This document shows positions 34,713 through 45,900 of a stretch of 64,000 nt of DNA, piece by piece. The DNA lies in assembly GCA_030390025.1 (NCBI GenBank), contig JASTWF010000035.1, positions 2,542,001 through 2,606,000 on the forward strand, in the 5' to 3' direction. Position 1 is the first letter of the stretch. Every line of letters begins with the position of its first letter. The DNA comes from Squalus acanthias (lineage: Eukaryota). Both the position numbers and the translations under genes were made by a program. The notes beneath the pieces are model-generated. The model had not been told where the DNA came from, searched no databases, and was given only the letters and a program-made list of their open reading frames with translations.

Positions 34713-36258
34713 CCGTTTCTCTCTCCACAGATGCTGCCTGACCTGCTGAGTATTTCCAGCATTTTCTGTTTTTATTTCAGATTTCCAGCATCCGCAGTAT
34801 TTTGCTTTTGTATTAAAGGTTCACCAGACTGGTTCCTGGGATGGGGGGATTGTCCTATGAGGACAGATTGAGTAAACTAGGCCTATATTCTCTAGAGTTC
34901 AGAAGAATGAGAGGTGATCTCATTGAAACATTCAAAATTCTTACAGGGCTTGACAGGGTAGATGCAGGGAGGATGTTTCCCCTGGCTGGGGAGTCTAGAA
35001 CCAGGGGTCACAGTCTCAGAAATAAGGGGTCGGCCATTTAGGACTGAGATGAGGAGAAATTTCTTCACTCAGAGGGTGGTGAATCTTTGGAATTCTCTAC
35101 CCTAGAGGGCTGTGGAAGCTCGATCGTTGAGTATATTCAAGACAGAGATCGATAGATCTTTAAATATTAAGGGAATCAAGGGACATGGGGATAGTGCAAG
35201 AAAGTGGAGTTGCGGTCGAAGATCAGCCATGATCTTATTGAATGGTGGAGTAGGCCGAATGGCCAAATGGCCGACTCCTGCTCCTATTTCTTATGTTCTT
35301 CTCTGTGAATAGTTTGTGATTTTCTTTCATTCCTACAATATCCCTGTGGGGAGCGGGCTGGCGGTTGAGCTGCACCAGTGATGGTCAGGAGCCGGTTCTC
35401 AGAGCAGCCCCAGGTCTTTCTCATCCCTCATTTTACTTCCTCTGTGGGGAAAGAAAACTCTTCCCAGGTGTGATGAGGGACTCACCTTTTGAGCAATCGC
35501 TGCAGGGCTCCACAGCATCAGCTTGCAGCTGAAGGAAATTGTGAGTTTGTTTGTATTCATGAACCGACACTTGAACTAGCTCCCTACAATCCATTAACAC
35601 ATTCGATGTCAAGTCAAAGACAGAATTTCAGATTTGGAGACATTGATGTGCTTCATTAACTGGCTCTCTGAGAGGACATCAAAAGTCCTATTTCTTATGT
35701 TATGTTTATGTGGTACTTTATCAAACGTCTTTTCAAAGTCCATATACACAACAACAACCACACTACCTTCATTAACCCTCTCCGTTAGTTCATCAAAGAA
35801 CTCCATCAAGTTAGTCAAACATGATTTGCCTTTAACAACTCCGTGGCGGCTCCCCCTCCTCAGAAAAACAACCCTTGACCCCTCTGCCGTTGCAAACTAC
35901 TGCCCCATCTCCAACCTCCTTTTTATATCAAGTTCTTGAGGTGTTGTCGCCTCCCAAAACCAATGCCCATCTTTCCCACAACTCAATGTTTAAACCCCTC
36001 CAATCAGGTTTCCACCCCTGCAGTAGCACTGAAACGGTACTTATCGAAGTCACAAATGACATCCTCTGTGACCGTGACCATGGTAAGCTATCCCTCCTCA
36101 TCCTGTTGCAGTTGATTGATATCATCCTCACTGTTTGCCACATCCCCAATTAGGTGTCATTGGCAAAGTTAGAAATTCTATTCTGTATTCCAATATCCAG
36201 GTCATTTATATATATCAAAAAAAACAGTGGCCCCAGCACTGACCCTTGGGGAACACCA

Positions 36259-39200
36259 CGGCATTACCATCGCCGAATCCCCCACCATCAACATCCTGGG
36301 GGTCACCATTGACCAGAAACTTATTTGGACCAGCGACATAAATACTGTGGCAACAAGAGCAGGTCAGAGGCTGGGTATTCTGTGGCGAGTGGCTCGCCTC
36401 CTGACTCCCCAAAGCCTTTCCACCATCTGCAAGGCACAAGTAAGGAGTGTGATGGAATACTCTCCACTTACCTGGATGAGTGCAGCTGCAATAACAGTCA
36501 AGAAGGAAATGGTAGCATATTGGTAATGTCACTGGGCTAGTAATCCAGAGCCCTGGACTAATGATCCAGTAGATGTGAGTTCAAATCCCACCAGGGCAGC
36601 TGGGGAATTTAAATTCAGTTAATCAAATAAATCTGAAATTTAAAAAAAAAAAGCTAGTCTCAATATTGGTAACCATGAAACTATCGGATTGTCACAAAAA
36701 CCCATCTGGTTCACTAATATCCTTTAGGGAAGAAAATCTGCTGTCCTTACCTGGTCTGGCCTATATGTGACTCCAGACCCACAGCAATGTGCTTGACTCT
36801 TAACTGTCCTCTGAAGTGATCTAGCCAGTCACTCAGTTGTAAGTAACTGCTACGAAACAAAATAATAAGAATGAAACCGGACGGACCTCGGCACCGGCTA
36901 CAAACACGGCAATGGCACACCTAGCCCAGTCAACCCTGCAAAGTCCTCCTCATCAACATGTGGGGACTTGTGCCAAAATTGGGAGAGCTGTCCCACAGAC
37001 TAGTCAAGCAACAGCCTGACACAGTCATACTCACAGAATCATACCTTTCAGCCAATATCCCGAACTCCTCCATCACCATCCCTGGGTATGTCTTTTCCCA
37101 CCGGCAGGTGGTGGCACAGTGGTATACAGTCGGGAAGGAATGGCCCTGGGAGTCCTCAACATTGACTCCAGACCCCATGAAGTCTCATGGCTTCAGGTCA
37201 AGCATAGGCAAGGAAACCTCCTGCTGATTACCACCTACCGCCCTCCCTCAGCTGATGAATCAGTACTTCTCCATGTTGAACACCACTTGGAAGAAGCACT
37301 GAGAGTAGCAAGGGCACAGAATGTACTCTGGGTGGGGGACTTCAATGTCCATCACCAAGAGTGGCTTGGTAGCACCATTACTGGCCGAGTCCTGAACGAC
37401 ATAACTGCCAGTCTGGGCCTGCGACAGGTGGTGAGGGAAAAACCGACTTGACCTCATCCTCACCAATCTACCTGTCGCAGATGCATCTGTCCATGGCAGC
37501 AGTGACATTGTGGAGACGAAGTCCCGTCGTCACACTGAGAACACCCTACATTGTGTTGTGTGGCACTACCACCATGCTAAATGGGATAGATTCAGAACAG
37601 ATCTAGCAGCTCAAAACTGGGCATCCATGAGGCGCTGTGGGCCATCAGCAGCAGAATTGTATTCCACCACAATCTGTAACCTCATGGCCCGGCATATCCC
37701 TCACTCTACCATTACCATCAAGCCAGGGGACCAACCCTGGTTCAACAACGAGTGTAGAAGAGCATGCCAGGAGCAGCACCAGGCGTTCCTAAAATGAGGT
37801 GCCAACCTGGGGATGCTGCAACACAGGACTGCATCCATGCTAAAAAGCAGAAGCAGCATGCTATAGACAGGGCTAAGTGATCCCACAATCAACGGATCAG
37901 ATCAAAGCTCTGCAGTCCTGCCACATCCAGTCGTGAATGGTGGTGGACCATTAAACAACTAATGGGAGGAGGAGGCTCCATGAATATCCCCATCCTCAAT
38001 GATGGTGGAGCCCAGCACGTGAGTGCAAAAGACAAGGCTGAAGCGTTTGCAACCATCTTCAGCCAGAAGTGCCAAGTGGATGATCCATATCGGCCTACTC
38101 CCGAGGTCCCCACCATCACAGAAGCCAATTCGATTCACTCCACGTGATATCAAGAAACGGCTGAGCACACTGGATACTGCAAAGGCTATGGGCCCCGACA
38201 ACATCCCGGCTATCGTGCTGAAGACTTGCGCTCCAGAACTAGCCGTGTCTGTAGCCAAGCTGTTCCAGTACAGCTACAACATTGGCATCTATCCGACAAT
38301 GTGGATAACTGCCCAGGTATGTCCTGTCCACAAAAAGCAGGACAAATCCAACCCGGCCAATTACCGCCCCATCAGTCTACTCTCAATCATCAGCAAAGTG
38401 ATGGAAGGTGTCATCGACAGTGCTATCAAGCGGCACTTACTCACCAATAACCTGCTCACTGATGCCCAGTTTGGGTTCCGCCAAGACCACTCGGCTCCCG
38501 ACCTCATTACAGCCTTGGTCCAAACATGGACAAAGGAGCTGAATTCCAGAGGTGAGGTGAGAGTGACTGCCCTTGACATCAAGGCAGCATTTGACCGAAT
38601 CTGGCATCAAGGAGCCCTAGTAAAACTGAAGTCAATGGGAATCAGGGAAAATGCTCCACTGGCTGGAGTCATACCTAGCACAAAGGAAGATGGTTGTGGT
38701 GGTTGAAGGTCAATCATCACAGCCCCAGGACATCGCTGCAGGAGTTCCTCAGGGCAGTGTCCTGGGTCCAACCATCTTCAGCTGCTTCATCAATGACCTT
38801 CCCTCTAGCATAAGGTCAGAAATGGGGATGTTCGCTGATGACTGCACAGTGTTCAGCGCCATTCACAACTCCACAGATAATGTAGCAGTCCATGCCCGCA
38901 TGCAACAAGACTTGGACGACATTCAGGCTTGGGCTGATAAGTGGCAGGTAACATTCGCGCCACAGAAGTGCCAGGCAATGACTACCTCCAACAAGTGAGA
39001 ATCTAACGACCTCCCCTTGACATTCAATGGTGTTCAAAGACATACTTGCTCTCGAGGCAGTACAAAGAAGGTTCACTCGGTTAATCCCGGGGATGAGGGG
39101 GTGGACATATGAGGAGAGGTTGAGTAGATTGGGACTCTACTCATTGGAGTTCAGAAGATTAAGAGGCGATCTTATTGAAACATATAAGATTGTGAAGGGG

Positions 39201-40361
39201 CTTGATCGGGTGGATGCGGTAAGGATGTTCCCAAGGATGGGTGAAACTAGAACTAGGGGGCATAATCTTAGAATAAGGGGCTGCTCTTTCAAAACTGAGA
39301 TGAGGAGAAACTTCTTCACTCAGAGGGTAGTAGGTCTGTGGAATTTGCTGCCCCAGGAAGCTGTGGAAGCTACATCATTAAATAAATTTAAAACAGAAAT
39401 AGATAGTTTCCTAGAAGTAAAGGGAATTAGGGGTTATGGTAAGCGGGCAGGAAATTGGACATGAGGCTGAGTTCGGATCGGTCAGGGCCCTGTGGGTGGC
39501 GGAGCGGGCCCAGGGGCTGAGTGGCCGGGTCCTGCTCCTACTTCTTGTGTTCTTTAGATTTGAGGTTAGGATCAGATCAGCCATGATCTTATTGAATGGC
39601 GGAGCAGGCTCGAGGGGCCGATTGGCCTACTCCTGCTCCTATTTCTTATGTTCTTATGTACCATCGCCGAATCCCCCACTATCAACATCCTGGGGGTCAC
39701 CATTAACCAGAAACTTAACTGGACCAGCCACATAAATACTGAGGCAACAAGAGCAGGTCAGAGGCTAGGTATTCTGCGGCGAGTGTCTCACCTCCTGACT
39801 CCCCAAAGCCTTTCCGCTATCTACAAGGCACAAGTAAGGAGTGTGATGGATTACTCTCCACTTGCCTGGATGAGTGCAGCTCCAACAACACTCAAGAAGC
39901 TCGACACCATCCAGGACAAAGCACTCCGCTTGATTGACACCCCATCCACCACCTTAAACCTTCACTCCCTCCACCACCGGCGTACCGTGGCTGCAGTTGT
40001 ACCATCTACAAGATGCACTGCAGCAACTCGCCAAGGCTTCTTCGGCAGCACCTCCAAAACCCGCAACCTCTTCCACCTAGAAGGACAAGGGCAGCAGGTG
40101 CATGGGAACACCACCACCTCTAAGTTCCCCTCCAAGTCACACATCATCCTGACTAAGAAGTATATCGCCGATCCTTCATCGTCGCTGGGTCAAAATCCTG
40201 GAATTCCCTACCTAACAGCACTATGGGAGTACCATCACCACACGGACTGCAGCGGTTCAAGAAGGCGGCTCACCACCAGGTTCTCAAGGGCAACTAGGGA
40301 TGGGCAATAAATGCTGGCCTTGCCAGCGACGCCCAGATCCCATAAACGAATACAAAAAAAA
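36259..40361 (+). mobile_element. tRNA-headed ORF1-less LINE, copy 2 (head ~36505), preceded by an extra internal fragment of the same family (36259-36504)
   Basis: Colinear with 6185-9482; ORFs 37119-37451, 38023-38706 and 38651-38998 (MFADD). Confidence 0.9.
39032..39659 (+). mobile_element. CR1 3' fragment with duplicated 3' UTR, inserted in LINE copy 2
   Basis: ORF 39027-39464 is nearly identical to the end of 27125-27736; the host sequence aatgg...accatcgccgaatcc resumes at 39660. Confidence 0.92.
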
Positions 40362-41419
40362 CTGTCTACCATCCTCCAGTCTGAAAAACAGCCATTTACC
40401 ACAACTCGCTGTTTTCTGCCCTTAAGCCAATTCCTTATCCAAGCTGCCATTGACCCACCTATTCCATGAGCCTCACTTTTGTTTACCAGCCTTCTATGTG
40501 GTACTTTGTCAAACGCCTTCCTAAAATCCATGTTGACAACATCAATTACATTCCCTTCATCAATCCTCTGTTCATCAAAAATTCAATTCGATTAGTCAAA
40601 CACGATCTGCCTTTTACAAATCCTTGTTGGCTCTCCTTAATTAGCTTAAACCTCTCCATCTCGGTAATGGAGCGGATAAGGGTGCAGAAGCTCATCTCAC
40701 AGTCAAAATACTTCTCGACCTGTTTGCAGCCTTTGACGCAGTTGATCACACCATCCTCCTCCAATGCTTCTCCATCGTTCAGCTGGGTGGGACTGCCCTC
40801 CGCTGGTTCCATTCCTATCTATCCAGTGGTAGCCAGATAATCACCTGCAATGGCTTCTCTTCCCACTGCCACACCGTTACCTCTGGAGCCCACAAGGATT
40901 AATTGTTGGCTCCCTCCTATTTCTCATCTACATGCTGCCCCTCGGTGACATTATCCGAAAACACGTCAGGTTAAACATGTAAACTGACAACACCCAGCTC
41001 TACCTCACCACCACCTCTCTGGACCTTGCCACTGCCTCTGATATGTCACGCTGGTTGGCCGACATCCAGTATTGGTTGAGCAGAAAATCCCAACTAAATG
41101 TTGGGAAGACCGAATAATGACCTCAGTTCTCGACTAGCCCCGACTCCATTCCTCTCCCTGTCCACTGTCCAAGGCTGAACCAACTGTTCGCAACCTTGGT
41201 GTCATATTTGACCCTGAGATGAGCAGCTGATCCCTTATCCGCTCCATTACCAAGACCTCCTTCTTTCACCTCTGTAACATCGCCTACCTCTGCCTCAGCT
41301 CATCTGCTGCTGAAACCCTTATTTGTTACCTCTAGACTCGAGTGTTCTCCTGGCCAGCTTCCCAGCTTGTGCCCTCCTACATTACAACAGTGACTGCACT
41401 TCAAAAGTACTTAATTGAC

Positions 41420-44400
41420 TGTGGTAACACAATACAGCTTCCTGTGACTCGAACTTTATTACATCACTTCCTGTGATTAGTCCAGGATAAATACTGGGCT
41501 GATCAGTTGGATCCCTGGAGAGGCATAGAGTAAGACCTCTTTTGTATGTAGCACCTTTTTAGTTGATTAAAGCTTACTTTAAGTTCACCACGCGTAAGGC
41601 TCATTCTTACGACAATTTAATCAACTTTGAAAAACTTCGCACTCAAACTTTTTGGACGAACTCGGAACTAAGGATCCAGGGAATCACCCATCATGGAAAA
41701 CATCCTTAAACCATCGCGTCTTGACTTGGACCCAAACACCCCAGCAGCCGGTAAGGTGTGGAAACACTGGTATCGCACGTTTGACAATTTTCTCGAATAT
41801 TGCAAGGCTGATGATGACTCAAAATTGCGGATACTCATCAACTGTGTCACCCCGAATGTATTTCAGTATGTGGAGGAATGGGGCAGTTACGAGGAGGCAA
41901 TTCGGACGCTTAAAAGACTATATACTAAGACACCGAATGAGGTCTATGCCAGACATCTACTAGCTACAGCCCAACAAGGGCCGGAGGAATCCATTGATAA
42001 ATTCCTCCAAGAGCTTCGCAGACTTAGTATGGACTGTAACTTTCAGGCGGCCTCAGCTGAGCTGTACCGTGAAGAAATGATCCGTGATGCTTTCATCTGC
42101 GGGCTTGCCTCCCCATTTATACGCCAGCGTCTACTGGAAAGTAAGACACTTGAGCTTCAGAGAGCTTATGACATGGCTTGCTCTCTAGATCTGGCAAAAA
42201 GAAATGCAGACCTTTATACAGTGCCCAGACCTCGGTCTGCTGCCTTAACTACAGTCAGGCAATTTAAGAGGCCACAGGTGAACTCTATTAGGGAGGACTT
42301 TATCCCTGACGATCAATCTGATGACTTCACTGATGAAGAGGATGATGACCCCACTGTGGCAGCCTCTTGGCAATCTAAGAAATGCTTCTTTTGTGGTGAT
42401 GAGTTTCACCCTCGGAAATTCTGCCCTGCTCGCAATGCGTTTTGCAGTCATTGCAACAAAAAGGGTCATTTTGCAAAGGTTTGCCTATCAAGAGCCTCTA
42501 CGAGGGCTTATCAAGCTAAGTCCTACCGAACTGCCCCGGTAAGGGCCTATCAAGATGTTCCGGCTAAAATCTATCGTGCTTCCTCTCGGGTTTTCTCTCG
42601 AAGAAACACACCTAGAGTTTCAGCCACTCTTTGTGCAACGACACCAATTACAGCTGCTTGTCCTCAGAACCTATTCCATGCAGCTACAAAAGCATCAATT
42701 AATGGACATACTTTAGATGCCTTAATTGACTCAGGTAGCACTGATAGTTTCATTAGGGAACAGATTGTTGCAGAGTTAAAGCTACATGTTTTCCCATCGG
42801 ACCAGGCAATTGCGATGGCTCAGTCATCACTTAATACCAGAATTTCTGGCTTTTGTATGGTTGAAATAACACTTAATGGTCACAGGTATCCCTCCACCTG
42901 GCTTTCGGTGCTCAAGGACTTATTTAGTGATCTTATCTTAGGGCTAGATTTTCAAAAGCAGCATAAGAAGCTCACCATTGAGTTCGGCGGATCCAAACCT
43001 GAACTCACTATTTCTAATATACGACCTCGATTACCGTTCTGTGCATTGTCAGCAGCTTCACTGGATGAACCCTCACTGTTTACCAGTATCCCTCCTCGAT
43101 GCAAACCGATTATAACAAAGTCACGACGTTTCAGTCAGGAAGACCAGTCTTTTATTGCGGCTGAGATTTCTCGGCTTTTAGCAGAGGATATCATCGAGCC
43201 TTGTTCGTCGCCATGGCGCGCCCAGGTCGTTATTGTTAAGAACCCTCTACAACCTCACAAGAAACGGCTGTGCATTGACTATTCACAGACCATCAATCAA
43301 TATACGGACTTGGACGCATACCCATTGCCGCGCATCGATGATATGGTTAATAAACTGGCTGAGTACACGGTGTTCTCAACATATGATCTGAAAAGTGCCT
43401 ATCATCAGGTACCCTTGAAGGTCTCAGACAAGCAGTATACGGCCTTTGAAGGCAATGGACGGCTGTATCAATTTCGTCGCCTCCCCTTTGGGGTCACTAA
43501 TGGAGTGGCTGTCTTCCAGCGAGCAATGGATGACCTGGTCAAACAGGAAGACTTGAAGGATACGTTTCCTTATCTGGACAATATTACTGTCGCAGGTCGC
43601 AATCAGCGGGAACATGACGCCAATCTCCAACGATTTTGGGATACACTCCAGCACCGTAATTTGACATTAAATGCGGCTAAATCCATTGAGTCACAACCAA
43701 CCATCAACATCCTTGGCTATTGTGTGGGCAATGGCATCATTAAACCTGACCCTGAAAGGCTTCGCCCACTCCAAGAGCTCCCGCCACCTAAGAATCCGGC
43801 CTCCTTGCGCCGGGCCCTCGGCCTGTTTGCATACTATGCTGAATGGATTCCTAACTTCTCGGACCGAATCCAACCTCTACTGAAGGCCAGCACATTCCCA
43901 CTAGACACAGCGGCTGTTGCAGCCTTTAACCTCCTGAAAAAACAGTTGGAGAAAGCGGCTCTTCACTCCATCGATGAGAGTCTTCCTTTTGTTGTTGAGT
44001 GTGATGCCTCGGAGGTGGCGATCTCGGCCACTCTGAATCAGGAAGGTCGTCCGGTGGCATTTTTGTCCAGGACTTTTCAAGGGGCTGAGCTACATTATCC
44101 TCCAGTCGAGAAAGAAGCTACAGCCATCATAGAGGCAGTACGGAAGTGGAGTCATCTCCTAGCTCGCCAGCACTTTACCTTAATCACGGACCAGCGATCG
44201 GTCGCCTTCATGCTCGATAATCGAAAACGGACCAAAATTAAAAATTATAAAATCCAGCTTTGGCGGCTGGAATTGGCCTCTTTTGGTTACACCATCCACT
44301 ATCGACCTGGCAAGGAGAATGTGGCTCCGGATACCCTCACACGAGCATTCTGCTCCGCCATGGCACCCTCTACGCTCGTAGACATCCATGATGGGTTGTG

Positions 44401-45900
44401 TCATCCGGGCGTTACTCGCATGGTACACTTCGTGCGGTCCCGAAATCTCCCATTCTCTACCGGGGATGTAAAGAAGATGTGCTCGGACTGCAGAGTCTGT
44501 GCGGAATTGAAACCTCAGTTTTTCCGCCCCTCGGGTGGTATACTCATACATGCGACCCAGCCAATGCAACGGCTTAGCATCGATTTTAAGGGGCCGTTGC
44601 CCTCTTCAACTCGCAACACTTATCTATTGACCATGGTCGATGAGTATTCCCGTTTTCCATTTGCCTTTCCCTGCCCCAATATGCTGACGACCACGGTTAT
44701 CAGCTGCCTTGAGCAGGTATTTGCTTTCTGTGGCATGGCATCCTATGTTCATTCGGATCGGGGCCCTTCTTTTATGTCAGGAGAACTCAAGACCTATCTC
44801 TCGGAACGGGGTATTGCTGCCAGCAGAACGACGCCTTATCATCCGGTCGGGAATGGGCAAGTCGAGCGTTTTAACGCTATCATCTGGAATGCGGTACGTC
44901 TGGCTTTGAGATCTCGGGGCCTACCAAACCAGCAATGGGAAGCAGTAGTTCCAGACGCATTACACTCCACACGGTCCCTCCTTTCGACCGCCACAAATAC
45001 GACGCCTCATGAACGGTTCTTCCGATTTCAGCGTCGCTCATCCTATGGGATATCTCTCCCGTCGTGGCTGACTGCACCGGGACCAGTGCTACTCCGAAGA
45101 TATGTTCGGGCGTCTAAGAATGACCCCCTGGTAGATGAGGTTGAGCTCACTGACGTCAACCCTACCTACGCCTATATTCGGTATCCTGACGGTCGGGAAT
45201 CTACCGTGTCATTGCGGGATCTGGCTCCCTGCCCGCCGAAACATAGAGGGACACCAGGGGATGATATTGTACCAGGCACATCTCTGGGCTCGCCAGGTGC
45301 CTCTCATCACGATCTGGATCTGACGCCGGCTGGTACCTCACTCCAGCGTGCCGACCTGGGGCAGACTGACTATGAGCCCGTCGGGGCTCGCACGCGCAGC
45401 CACGATCCACCCCGTACCTTACGCTCGGAAACGGATCTGCCACAGCCCTGCCCGACACCCGTTCGGGCACCAGTACACAGTCAGGATCGTCCTGACCCCT
45501 CACAGAGCGGGCTGGATCACTCGGACTCTGGTCCACGGCCCGCGGCGGGTAAACGGGCTAGGGGCCCTCTACCGCTACGAGAACCCAAACGGGTGCGGCT
45601 CTCCCTCGTCCAGCGGCTACGAAATGGAGGGAGAATGTGGTAACACAATACAGCTTCCTGTGACTCGAACTTCATCCCGGCCTCCTAATCTTTTGGGGGG
45701 GGAGAATGTGGTAACACAATACAGCTTCCTGTGACTCGAACTTTATTACATCACTTCCTGTGATTAGTCCAGGATAAATACTGGGCTGATCAGTTGGATC
45801 CTGGAGAGGCATAGAGTAAGACCTCTTTTGTATGTTGCACCTTTTTAGTTGATTAAAGCTTACTTTAAGTTCACCACGCGTAAGGCTCATTCTTACGACA
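41420..45900 (+). mobile_element. Young full-length Ty3/Gypsy LTR retrotransposon
   Basis: LTRs at 41420-41614 and 45707-45900 (TG...CA) differ by 1 substitution and 1 single-base indel. 5-bp TSD TTGAC (41415-41419 and 45901-45905). PPT at 45695-45706. Confidence 0.98.
41693..45643 (+). CDS. Single-frame Gag-Pol polyprotein, 1316 aa
   Basis: Two CX2CX4HX4C knuckles, protease LIDSGS, RT (DLKSAYHQ, LPFG, YLDN), RNase H (ECDAS, EKE, TDQ), integrase HHCC and D-D-E (IDFKGP, HSDRG, VERFN). Gypsy domain order, no internal stops. Confidence 0.97.
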   Translation: MENILKPSRLDLDPNTPAAGKVWKHWYRTFDNFLEYCKADDDSKLRILINCVTPNVFQYVEEWGSYEEAIRTLKRLYTKTPNEVYARHLLATAQQGPEESIDKFLQELRRLSMDCNFQAASAELYREEMIRDAFICGLASPFIRQRLLESKTLELQRAYDMACSLDLAKRNADLYTVPRPRSAALTTVRQFKRPQVNSIREDFIPDDQSDDFTDEEDDDPTVAASWQSKKCFFCGDEFHPRKFCPARNAFCSHCNKKGHFAKVCLSRASTRAYQAKSYRTAPVRAYQDVPAKIYRASSRVFSRRNTPRVSATLCATTPITAACPQNLFHAATKASINGHTLDALIDSGSTDSFIREQIVAELKLHVFPSDQAIAMAQSSLNTRISGFCMVEITLNGHRYPSTWLSVLKDLFSDLILGLDFQKQHKKLTIEFGGSKPELTISNIRPRLPFCALSAASLDEPSLFTSIPPRCKPIITKSRRFSQEDQSFIAAEISRLLAEDIIEPCSSPWRAQVVIVKNPLQPHKKRLCIDYSQTINQYTDLDAYPLPRIDDMVNKLAEYTVFSTYDLKSAYHQVPLKVSDKQYTAFEGNGRLYQFRRLPFGVTNGVAVFQRAMDDLVKQEDLKDTFPYLDNITVAGRNQREHDANLQRFWDTLQHRNLTLNAAKSIESQPTINILGYCVGNGIIKPDPERLRPLQELPPPKNPASLRRALGLFAYYAEWIPNFSDRIQPLLKASTFPLDTAAVAAFNLLKKQLEKAALHSIDESLPFVVECDASEVAISATLNQEGRPVAFLSRTFQGAELHYPPVEKEATAIIEAVRKWSHLLARQHFTLITDQRSVAFMLDNRKRTKIKNYKIQLWRLELASFGYTIHYRPGKENVAPDTLTRAFCSAMAPSTLVDIHDGLCHPGVTRMVHFVRSRNLPFSTGDVKKMCSDCRVCAELKPQFFRPSGGILIHATQPMQRLSIDFKGPLPSSTRNTYLLTMVDEYSRFPFAFPCPNMLTTTVISCLEQVFAFCGMASYVHSDRGPSFMSGELKTYLSERGIAASRTTPYHPVGNGQVERFNAIIWNAVRLALRSRGLPNQQWEAVVPDALHSTRSLLSTATNTTPHERFFRFQRRSSYGISLPSWLTAPGPVLLRRYVRASKNDPLVDEVELTDVNPTYAYIRYPDGRESTVSLRDLAPCPPKHRGTPGDDIVPGTSLGSPGASHHDLDLTPAGTSLQRADLGQTDYEPVGARTRSHDPPRTLRSETDLPQPCPTPVRAPVHSQDRPDPSQSGLDHSDSGPRPAAGKRARGPLPLREPKRVRLSLVQRLRNGGRMW

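Larger units (their letters stand above)
32743..34814. mobile_element. Penelope-like element (GIY-YIG type), truncated, with inverted arms
   Basis: 14-bp TSD aaaggttcaccaga (32729-32742 and 34815-34828). The minus part 32743-34027 has the RT end (IHYKPTDSHSYL). Both arms encode NLVYCIRCS..CGLLYIGET...RFAEH. The plus arm 34028-34814 mirrors 32743-33497. Confidence 0.92.
32581..35300 (+). mobile_element. CR1 3' fragment split by the Penelope insertion (32581-32742 and 34815-35300)
   Basis: The RRFTR-LIPGM coding region resumes after the 14-bp duplication. Confidence 0.85.
36110..40660 (-). mobile_element. CR1 RT fragment (36110-36258 and 40362-40660) split by the tRNA-headed LINE
   Basis: ggggaacacca|ctgtctaccatcc is contiguous in the related copies near 19500 and 25120. 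Confidence 0.85.
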
